NCBI GenBank assembly: GCA_964016885.1
Contig: OZ024743.1
Location: 337,466,001 to 337,530,000 of the forward strand
From: Eledone cirrhosa
Taxonomy: Eukaryota
DNA length: 64,000 nt
Reading direction: 5' to 3'
The translations under genes were made by a program, and so were the position numbers. Of the stretch, positions 13,022 to 23,944 are shown in pieces. Position 1 is the stretch's first letter, and every line of letters begins with the position of its first letter. A model generated the notes under the pieces. That model was given only the letters and a program-made list of their open reading frames with translations. It did no database searches and was not told the DNA's origin.

Positions 13022-14311
13022 GGCCTCCCACAACGCCCCACCCCCCTATAAGGTCCCCTACACCCCGTACCGATGACCAATGGACAACAACAACCACCCA
13101 TAGTTTGTGGTCCCTATGGTGGATGGTCCACCGGATCCTCTACTGGTTAGGAGTCATCAAAACCACGCTTTATTGAACCTGAGGAACCCCCTCCTCCCGG
13201 GGAGCGGCCCACACAGGAAGAACAATTATCCCAAGGTACTAACCCTATACGCATGAATGAGTGCCCGCAATCGTGCATTGTGTGTGTGTATACTGGGACT
13301 GCGTGAATGTACACACTCATGTGAACGCAACGTAATACTAATACTCCAGGTTCGAGTGTATGCTAAAGAGTATATTTGTATATACTCTCTTGTATGAGTG
13401 CACATGTGTATATAGACATACACGCGCATCCAGAAGTATAAAAGTGTGGGTGGGTATATATGTCTGTACTAAGGGATTCGCCTAAGCTCCAAAGCCCACA
13501 AACTATTGCTGTTAAATTATATATCACACTCTACCTTTGTCTAGTCTAAACAATAACTTTTCCAAACACCCACTTTACTTTTCTTTAAAAATAACACCCA
13601 CCTAGTTTTATGTCTGCCTTATACTTGGATTTGGGGGCCTCTGTTGTATATATATATATATATATATGCACTTGTGCGTACATATATATACACACCTGTA
13701 TGGATTTGTGTGTGTAGATGTGTGTGTGTCTGAGGGGGTAAGTGTGAGTGTATGTAAAAGTCAACCAACATAAGTCTTTTTATTTCTAAATTTTCTAAAC
13801 TATCTAAGTATTTGACTCTAACCAATATTTTAAGTATTACCACCCCACATTAATTCCTCAATTTGTATGTGTGGATGTGTGTGTGTGTCTGTGGAGGTGG
13901 TTGTGAGTGTATGTGCAAGCCAGCCTACATAAGTCTTTTTATTTGTAAATGTTCTACTCTAACCATCATTTTCAGTAGCACCACTCCACATAAATTCCTC
14001 AATTTAAGGATGACCTGTAGTATCTATTTCATACTATTAACCTTAATTGAATATATATCTGACCAGGAATGCTTTTTGTGAAAATCAGTCATATGGAACT
14101 ATTGTCATCTTGCCTGACGGTTTGAACTTTACAACACCACCTGCCTCTTTGAGGTCAAATACCAACCCTACTAGTATCTACAAACTGACCAATGAGAATT
14201 AAGACTATTCCTGCTGACAACATTAAATTATTCCTAACAAGCTCATATGTCCCAAGGCTCTGATACCATCAACACTATAAACACAGAGCTGGCATATCTA
14301 AGAACTGACTA

Positions 14312-14367
14312 ACTGCCTGATGAGGTCATAGCCATTCAATGGCTATCATCGAAATATATATAGCAGT
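14312..14367 (+). ncRNA. Type I hammerhead in the 3' pLTR
   Basis: Identical to 10164-10219, 4148 nt downstream. Confidence 0.85.
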
Positions 14368-14570
14368 AAATAAAAGATTATGAGTTCATGCAATTGGCTT
14401 ATGTTTCGTCATTATATATATATTTATATAAGTTAAAACAATGAAATAAAAATTCAAGTCATTAGGAATATACTTTATTGCTTTACGATCGTTTCTAGGT
14501 GATAATAATACAGCGTACACTAGACCCCACAACTAACCGTGGATATTTATGTGTGTATATATATATATAT

Positions 14571-14660
<90 letters not shown>

Positions 14661-14664
<4 letters not shown>

Positions 14665-17242
14665 TCTTGGTTTTTTCACAACTGATGCGCAGGCCAACTT
14701 TCTCTGCATTGTCATTTAGGACGTTTGTCATCTCTTGCAGGTCTTCTCTGGAATGGCCTATCACTGCGATGTCATCGGCAAAGTCCAGGTCGCTTAAACT
14801 CCTTCCATCCCAACTGATGCCAAAACGAGGATCATTCATTGTCTTATTCATGATGAAATCGATGACAATGAGGAAAAGGAAAGGCGAAAGGATGCAGCCT
14901 TGTCGAACACCCGTCAAGATGTCAAACATTTCCGTGTTTCCGTCCTTTGTCCTAACGCAGCACCTGGAATGTCGGAACAGCGACCTGAAGATGTTAATAT
15001 ATTTCTCTGGGACACAGTAGAGTCTTACAATCTTCCACAATGACTCCCGATGAATACTGTCGAAGGCTCTCCTGAAGTCAATGTAGTTGACAACAAGGGA
15101 CTTGTTGAACTCCCGACATTCTTCAATGATATTTCGGAGAGTGAAGATCTGCTCTGAACAAGACCTTCCACTGCGGAAGCCAGCCTGTTCGTCTCGAAGA
15201 TGACGATCTACTTCTGCTCTCAGCTGGTTCAGGATGACTGTGCAGAATACCTTCCCTGGCACTGATAGCAACGTGATCCCTCTCCAGTTGTTGCAGTCGC
15301 TGAGACAGCCCTTCTTCGGTAGTGGTACAATCACTCCATTTCCCCAGTCCTCCGGCACCTCCTCTTCTTGACAAATCACATTGCTTAAATGGGTGAGCTG
15401 CTCCTCTATTACATCCTTGCCGTGCTTCAGAATCTCTGCAGGAATCTCATCCAGCCCTGCCGCTTTGTTATTCTTTTGGCAGCGGATTGCCTTGGCCACC
15501 TCAGCTCTTGTGATGTCGTCTGGTCGTACATCCAGCCGGTAGCTCGCTTCCTCCCAGTCAAGCTGGAAGACTGTGTTTGGGGGATGGCTGATTGAGGACC
15601 TCACGAAAATGTTCGTTCCACCTCTGGGTCTGCTCTTCATTGGCTGTAAGCATCCGACCATCTTTGCTCTTGATTGGCAAACTGCTTCCACTTCGTCCTC
15701 CAGTTAGCTCTCTGACGATCCGGTACAGCGTCTTGGAATCATTTCGATCTGCTACCACCTGAGGCTCTGCAGCCCGATCTTCTAACCACTGGCGCTTGTC
15801 TTTTCGACAGCTCTTCTTTACTTCCTTATCAAGACGTCTGTACTCTTTGTCCACTTCCTTCCATTGCTGTCGAGTTTTGATTTGATCTCTTTTGTTCTTA
15901 ACATCCTTCCTCTCGACAATGAGATTCCATGAAGTACTGCTGATCCACTGTTCCCGGTTGGTCCCCCTTCTTCTACCAATAACTACATCAGCACTCGCCC
16001 TGACCGCATGAGCAGACATCTGCCACTGGTCTTCACGGTTCTGTGCGTGCTGTAGTTCTTGGAACTTATTCCTGATCTCCAGGTAGAACCCCTCTGACGT
16101 GCCTCACGGTCTTATTTGCTTTGTTCTTCTTCAACCTCAAGCGGATTTTTCCAACCACAAGATGGTGGTCATATCTGACGTCTGCCCCTCGGTAGGTGCA
16201 AACATCCAAAAGAGAGGAACGCCACCTCGTGCCAATGCAGATATAATCAATCTCATTCCTGGTGTTGCCATCAGGGGAAGTCCATGTCATCTTGTGAATC
16301 CGCCTATGGGTGAAGAATGTATTCCCGATGGAGAGGTTGCTGATACTGCTCAGGGACAGCACCCGTTCCCCGTTTTTATTGGTGGAATCAGCTGAACCGT
16401 GGGGGCCAATGGCTGAATGCATTTCTCTCCTATCTCCATCTAGCTTGTCATTGAAGTCACCAATCACCAGCCTAATGTCTGACCTGGGTGTTTCCTCTAG
16501 GACATCCTGTAGTTGAATAAAGAAGGTATCATTATCTTCATCTGAGACAGCTTCAGTCGGGGCGTAGACTTGCACTACGGTCAAAGACCATGTCGACAGG
16601 TGACCCTCCAAATCCTCCCATCATGGTTGGTCAGCGTAACATTGAATGTGTAAACCACTTCCAATACCTTGGCAGCAACGATGGGGATGCTGAGGTCGAT
16701 GTGCGCACAAGGCTGGGAAAAGCAGCGGCGGTCTTCCAGCGACTCCGTCTGGTATGGTCCAGGTGTTCCATCGGCAACGCCGTCAAATTCCGTGTTTACA
16801 TGTCCATTGTAGTACCAACAGCGATATATGCCTGTGAGACATGGAAGAGTACGGAAAGTGTATGTAACAAGCTTGATGTATTCCAGCGTCGTTGCATTCG
16901 GACCATATTGAAAATTTCATGGAGAGACCAAGTTAGCAACGAGGAAGTGATGAGGTGGTCAGGATTGGAGAGGTTAAGGGACATTGTCGAGACGGCGGTT
17001 CGCGGGCCAGATCCTTCGTTTGCCGGCAGATCGACCTGCTCATATTGCCATGGATTGGGTACCAGAAGGTGGCAAGAGAAAACGGGGAAGACCACGAAAA
17101 ACATGGCGGGGCACATTCAGAACCTGCGGGAGATGGGAATTACCTGGAGAGGTGCTAGAAGGGCCGCCAGTGACAGGATCAATTGGAGGAAGCTCGTCGC
17201 CCAATGTTCCACAAGGGACTGGAGGAACTAAGACTAAAACTA

Positions 17243-17243
<1 letters not shown>
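14661..17243. mobile_element. RTE-like LINE with 5' inversion: EN/RT on - (14661-16591), C-terminus on + (16584-17243)
   Basis: VYAPT, GDFN, NWRGITLLS, GVRQGCILSP and LDFADDI on -; FQYLGS and YACETW on +; (ACTAAG)-type tail; (TA)n on both sides. Confidence 0.9.
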
Positions 17244-17296
<53 letters not shown>

Positions 17297-17302
<6 letters not shown>

Positions 17303-17680
17303 ATACTTTGGGAGGGTCATGTTGCCAATAAGAAACACACGCACCAGTTGCTTTCACTCCAATTTATTATAAATTAAATTATAAATTTAAAAATTTATAA
17401 ATTTCCGGTTCGTTGGTTGGTTCCACTACCGGACGGTTGCTCATATATTGTCAAAGTTCTTTCGTCACACATTCTGTGACTTCTTCAGTGACTGGGGATT
17501 ATTTTCTTTGTTTTGTGCCTCTCCTTTATTCTGTCCTACGCCATCTTGTTTGTGTATGTGCTGTGTACTTAGTTTGCGCATGTGTTACATCCGGGTGTCT
17601 GTGTGTGTGATTTTTCTTTTTTTTTGTTTATTTATTTGTTTATTTACATGCTACTGGTTAGTTGTTTGTTCTATGTGCCC
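17297..17680 (-). repeat. pLTR-like repeat, inverted relative to the adjacent PLE RT fragment; second copy at 60311-60690
   Basis: High similarity to 60311-60690; contains an HHR. Confidence 0.75.
17450..17492 (-). ncRNA. Minimal type I hammerhead
   Basis: Reverse complement reads gtca CTGAAGA a gtcac agaatgt gtgac GAAA gaac TT tgac. Confidence 0.65.
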
Positions 17681-17779
17681 ACAAGGCCAGCAAGAGGCAC
17701 ACCACCTATCATTACCTCAATGGCCAAGAAAACCCACACAGAAAGATGGACCCCCGAAAGACGGACCCCCGAAAACCAT

Positions 17780-18455
17780 GATAAACTAAAAAAAAATGAT
17801 TGCACATGCGGTGGGGGCCAGTATAAGACTAACCCTTAAGGAACATATGTTCAAATTTAATGGAAAAACATATGCCCAAGAGGAGGGAGCAGCCATTGGT
17901 GTTAGCATTGCGGGTGACATAGCTAACCTATTCATGGTATGGTGAGACAATAAACTTAAATAACAATTAGAAGACAGCAACCTCTTAATCTTGATAATGT
18001 ACTCTCGCTACGTTGATGATATAAACATCGTAGTAAAAACACCCCCACTAGAGAACAGTCAGGAATTAGAGAAAAACACCATGGAAAGCATCCAGCAAAT
18101 AGCTAACTCCATCCACCAGAGTATTAGACTTACTATAGACTACCCAAGCAAACACCCCAACCATCGATTACCTGTACTAGACACAGAGCTCTGGTTAGAA
18201 ACCATTAATAACAAAAAACAAATCATCCATTCCCATTATGCCAAACCCATGACTTCCAAATATCTGATGCACCGAAACTCAGCTGTTTCGGATCACACCA
18301 AAATCAACATACTGATTGCGGATTTGGTACGGGTGATGAGAAACGTGTCCTGCATGTGCAACTCCAAAGAACTAGAGAGACACATACAACACTTCATCCA
18401 CCGTATGCAGTTCTCTGGTTACAATCAGAGAGATAAAATCAAAGTAAAAAGATAA
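17780..18455 (+). pseudogene. Penelope-like RT fragment
   Basis: FKFNGKTYAQEEGAAIGVSIAGDIANLFMVW*...YSRYVDDI...LPVLDT...HYAKP. Confidence 0.85.
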
Positions 18456-18469
18456 AATCAGAGTTGGAA

Positions 18470-19850
18470 GTCCAGTAGGGATAGGGATCCGCGGCCATCG
18501 GGATTCCCTATCCCTACTGGACTTCCAACTCAGGTTAACAGAGGAAGGCAACATCCACACCTGCTTCTATAAAAAAGCCGCCAGCAGGGACCTGTTCGTA
18601 CATTTCAGATCGGCCCTCCCACTCGGTGCCAAGTTCGGATACATAAAGAACGAACTGACACGTATCCGGAACAAATGCACCGACGCTAGAGACCGAGACA
18701 CACACACCACACATTTCCTGGAAGTACTCAAGCTGAACGGATACACGACATCCACCACAAACCGTGCCAGAAAGAACAGAGGACACCACACCCGAGGCAC
18801 TAACACTTGCTTCCTGAAGCTCCCACACTTCAGTGAAGAAACAACAACAACCATCCGCAGAGCTATCAGACGAGAGGGACTAGATATTCAACTGGCCCAC
18901 TCAGGCCCTTCTCTACGCGGACAGCTAACCAAAAGACACTCCACCAGACATGACAACTGCTGCAGACTAGCCAACTGCCCCATCAACGACACAGACCTAT
19001 GCCACCAGGCTTACGTCGTATACAGACTAGAGTGTGACAAATGCAACAACTTCTACGTAGGTAGCACCACCAGACCACTCCACATAAGAATAAAAGAACA
19101 CCTCAATACTAACGCTTCCTCATTTAAGAAAGACCTAGTTAAATGCAAAAACACCGACAAAACCATAACAGTTAGGATAGAAACTAAGGAAAGAAACCTC
19201 GGCAATCTTAGAATTAAGGAAGCACTAATTATAGACAAAACACAACCACCAATCAATAATAGACTAGAACTCAACACCCAATTTATAACTTGATAGAGCT
19301 TCTAGCCCCATATTTACACACACACCCCACACACATACACACACGCACACACGCACGCACACACACACACACACACGCTTACATCTCCACTTATCCTCTC
19401 TCACACATACACACACAAAACCAGTTCTAACACGAGATAACATCTATCCCCCACATTTACGTATAGACATATCTTCTCACACTCACACACACACACTCAC
19501 ATACTTACACCTTCATGCATTCTCCCACACACTTAAACAGGCATGTATAATAACCCCCCCCCCCCCCATTTTAAAGGGGGACTACTCTTTATCCACCCAT
19601 CTTAACTCTTTGACATTAGAGATAGAACAGATACTCTATACCATTTCCTGTCAACATGATTTGGCAAGCTATTTAGAACACTGGTTTGACAGCTTTACTT
19701 CCCTCTGAAGAAGAGATATTATCTCGAAAATTAAGGACATTTAAATAAATCTAAGGTAAAAGATTAATTGTCAACAATATCTTTTGCATTTGCATTCTTT
19801 ATTCTATGTCCATACCTGCATTGTTTTGGCTTTATGATACATATACAAAC
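18470..19850 (+). mobile_element. 3' part of a different Penelope-like element: thumb, GIY-YIG and pLTR
   Basis: SLSLLDFQL..FYKK..FVHFRSALP; VVYRLECDKCNNFYVGSTTRPLHIRIKEH; (CA)-rich UTR with an HHR. Confidence 0.85.
19702..19736 (+). ncRNA. Minimal type I hammerhead
   Basis: cct CTGAAGA a gagat att atctc GAAA at TA agg; stem I only 3 bp. Confidence 0.55.
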
Positions 19851-19851
19851 G

Positions 19852-19914
<63 letters not shown>

Positions 19915-19920
<6 letters not shown>

Positions 19921-20940
19921 AACCAATTTAAAGTAAGATTTAATACCCACAAACATAGTTTTTAAAATGCCGCATTAGCTAATACAACATCATTGGCTGA
20001 AACAATTAATAATTATAGAAAAAAGAATATCGATTACAACCTGTCCTGGAGTGTGCTCAAAAGGGCCACCCCTTATCAAAATAACAGATATGAATGTAGA
20101 TTATGCTCCCAGGAACTTTTTGAAATAATGAAATCTAAGGATATCCTATTAAATAAGCGACAAGAATTACTTATATCTTGCAATCATAAAATTAGAAGAA
20201 CTTTCAAATATTATAAACCTAATTAATATACACCTTACACTTTTTCCATATTATTATAATTAGTTTTTTTAATTTAGTTAACCTATAATTAGTACTTTAC
20301 TGTAGAGAACTTCATAATTTTATTTCCCTCTTCTTACAGTTCTCTTTTCCTAAAATTAATACCTAAAAGTATTATATATAAATTAATTTAATTTCCTGTT
20401 ATGAATCTCGATTCCTTGTAGTCGATATAAGATTGGTATTTCTCACTACTACATTTATCCCAAAATTTATTTTCCTTCGTTTTTAACAACATTATTTAAT
20501 AACATCTAATTCTTATTTATCACATCCATATGAATTAATATAAATTTATCCCTATAAGTATACCTATCAATTAATTTAATTTCTTGTTATAGATCTAAAT
20601 TCCTTGTGTTTTAAATAAGATTGATATTTTTCACTAACATCTTTACCCTAAAATGTTATTCTCCTTCGGTTTTAACATTAACATTATTCTTTAATAGCAT
20701 CAAATTTTCGTGTACCCTTCACCGGCTTGACCTCTTTTCATCCCCAAAGTATTCTTTTCATTCAAAGAATTCTTTCCATTCAAAACTTAAGTCTGCATTC
20801 CTCTACCCCTAAATTAAATTTCTACTACTACTATTCTATCAACTTGACCTCTTACTACTTTTCTATAGGTCAATTCAAAACCTGTTCCCAAACAGACCTA
20901 TTATTTAAATCTATGTTGTTGTTTTTTTCAATAAACAAAT
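19915..20940 (+). mobile_element. 3' fragment of an AT-rich Naiad PLE
   Basis: GIY-YIG C-terminus (FKVRFNTHKHSF, CRLCSQE) and UTR, similar to 22220-23250. Confidence 0.85.
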
Positions 20941-23575
20941 AGTGATTCTGCCCAAATTACCAATCTTGTAGGTCTCTTTCTTCTATTTAACATAAATGCT
21001 TCTTTCCCCACCTTAAAGGTGGTTTATATCGTGACGACTGTCTTCTTCTTTCCGCTAACCTTAGCCTATCAGAAATTGAAAAAAATAAAAAACTTATTAG
21101 AACTTTCCTCAAAGACTATTATAGTCTCAATATTACATTTGAAAACACAAGTAAAGTAGTTAATTTCCTTGATATAACATTAGACTTATCTACGGGTATC
21201 TACCAACCTTACCATAAACCTAACCAAAATTTACATTACATACACTCACAATCTAATCACCCTAAATCTATCCTTAAAAACCTAGCATATAATATCTCAC
21301 TCAGAATTTCTAACCTTTCATCTAACCAGGATGTATTCGATAAAAATGCGACCTTTTATAACGAAGCTTTAGCTAGAAGCGGCCACAAAAACAAATTAGT
21401 ATATATACCTTGTACCAATAATACTACAAACATACAACCCAATATTACCAACAAACACCAAATGAAATATATACACCTAAATGCCACTCACACTATACCC
21501 CAAAATACCAACTTAAAACTTAATTTCTCTAACTCTTCTAATATACAATATAATAACTTTCAAAAAACCATTCATCCTAATATTCCAATATATGTTAATG
21601 TTAATAACAAAATTCCTAATAATCAGGCTAAAACACCTAAATCAATGAATCTAACTAAAAATATGTGTAATAAAATCACTAATACTAATTCTCTTAGTAA
21701 ACATCAGGATACATCGTATAAAAATAAAAAAAAACAACATCGAAACCGTAATAGACGAGTTACTTGGTATAATGCTCCATTTAATCTACAAATTAAAGAT
21801 AATATACCTAAAAAAATGTTTACTATCCTAGAGAAAAACTTCCCGCCAAACCATAAATACCATCAAATTTTAAATAGATCAACGGTCAAATTCTCCTACT
21901 CAACAACCAAAAATATACAACAAAATATAAGTGCCTATAATGCATATAAATGTAAAAAAAACATGAATATACCACCAATACATAAAACTAACCATAATAC
22001 TAAAATAAACCACAGCAAACCACCATCTCATTCACATACAACAAGTCGAGAAAATTCCACACCTAATTTGACTATCTCCTCTGATACAACATTCACGAAC
22101 GGTTGTAACTGTAGAAACAAAGCAAATTGCCCATTAAAAGGAAATTGCCTTATTAATAACATAGTATATAAATGTAAAATTAACACTAAGGACTCAACTT
22201 ATTCATATATAGGAGCTACTTCTAACCACTTTAAAGTAAGATTTAATACCCACAAACACAGTTTTAAAAATGCCGCATTAGCTAATACAACATCCTTAGC
22301 TGAAATAATTAATAATTATAGAAAAAAGAATATCGATTATAACCTGACCGGGAGTTTGCTCAAAAGAGCCACCCCTTATCAAAATAATAGATATGAATGT
22401 AGATTATGTTCCCAATAACTTTTTGAAATAATGAAATCTAAGGATATGCTATTAAATAAGCGACAAGAATTAATTATATCATGTAATCATAAAATTAGAA
22501 GAACTTTTAAATATTATAAACCTAATTAATATACACTTTACAAATTATTATGATAACATTTTTTTTTTTTAAATTAATTAACCTATAATTAATATTCTAC
22601 TATTAATGAACGGCATAATTTTATTTCCCTTTTACAGGTATCTTTTCCTAAAATTTATACCAATAAGTATACATATAAACTATTTTAATTTCAGGTTATG
22701 AATCTATATTCCTTGTAATCTATATACATTTGTTATTTCTCACTAATATATTTATCCCCCGCCCCCCCAATTATTATTATTTTTTTTCCCTTCGTTTTTA
22801 ACAACATTCTTCAATTACATCTAACTCTTATTTATCATATCTATATGAATTTTATCAATATAAATATACCTATCAATTTAATTAATTTATTTTCTTTTTA
22901 TAGATGTAAATTCCTTATGTTTTAAATAAGATTGATATTTTTCACTAACACATTTATCGTAACATTTTATTCTCCTTAGATTTTAACATTAGCATTATTC
23001 TTTTATAACATCAAATTTTCGTGTACCTTTCACCGGCCTGACTTATTTTCATCCCCAAAGTAATCTTTTCATTCAAAATACTCTTTCCATTCAAAACTGA
23101 AGTCTGCTTTCCTCTACACCTAAATTAAATTTCTATTACTACTATTCTATCATCTTGACCACTTACTACCTTTCTATTGGTCAATTCAAAACCTGTTCCC
23201 AAACAGACCTATTATATTTAATTTTTGTTGGTTTTTTTCAATAAACAAATATCATTATTTCTGAAGACAGCATATATATGTGTAGGTATGTATATTCCCT
23301 CTGATAGTTTGTAAAAATTTTACATAGATCTATATGATATACATACCAACACACACATATATATCCTAGAAACGATCGTAAAATGATGAATTTTTTAATA
23401 TAAGGAACTGTTTCTTTGTTTTTATTCATAATTTTTATTAATTTATCTTGACTCTGTTTCCTGTATTTTTCATCGAAACAATTTTGAATACATCTTCTCT
23501 TTTCATGATATTTGGATTACATTCAGTTCTTCATACGAATTGGACACTACCGTATATTTTGGTAGATTTATCTAC
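20941..23575 (+). mobile_element. 5'-truncated AT-rich Naiad PLE (RT, GIY-YIG, pLTR)
   Basis: SDSAQITNLVG, GGLYRDDC, VNFLDITL, SNHP, VTWYNAPF, CNCRNKANCPLKGNC, YIGAT. Confidence 0.9.
23252..23389 (+). ncRNA. Type I hammerhead with ~100-nt stem II
   Basis: tcattattt CTGAAGA [c ag catatatatgtgt..ggtatgtatat...atatacatacc..acacatatatat cct a] GAAA cgatcg TA aaatgatga. Confidence 0.7.
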
Positions 23576-23687
23576 ACACACACACACACACAAACATATA
23601 TATATATATATATATACATATATATGATAGCTGCCCCCTCGTTATCGAGTATGGCCATTGCACGAGGAGAAAAATAAAATATATTAT

Positions 23688-23719
<32 letters not shown>

Positions 23720-23944
23720 AATAAAAAAAAGAAATATATATATATATATATACACACATACATATACCTATATACACATATATATATATATACACACACA
23801 TATACATTAATAAAAAAAATAATAATAATAATAACAACAATAATAATTACAACAACAACAACAATAATAATATACATATACATATATATATACACACACA
23901 CGCACACACAAACATATCTATACACACATACACACACACGATAG

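Larger units (their letters stand above)
9068..14414 (+). mobile_element. Full-length Naiad-type Penelope-like element with two ~1.2 kb direct pLTRs
   Basis: Direct repeats 9068-10266 and 13200-14414 flank a disrupted RT + GIY-YIG ORF. Each repeat carries an HHR. Confidence 0.92.

Noticed and set aside
9068-14414. LTR retrotransposon
   Set aside because: No TG..CA ends, gag, protease or integrase; the GIY-YIG domain and HHRs indicate Penelope pLTRs.
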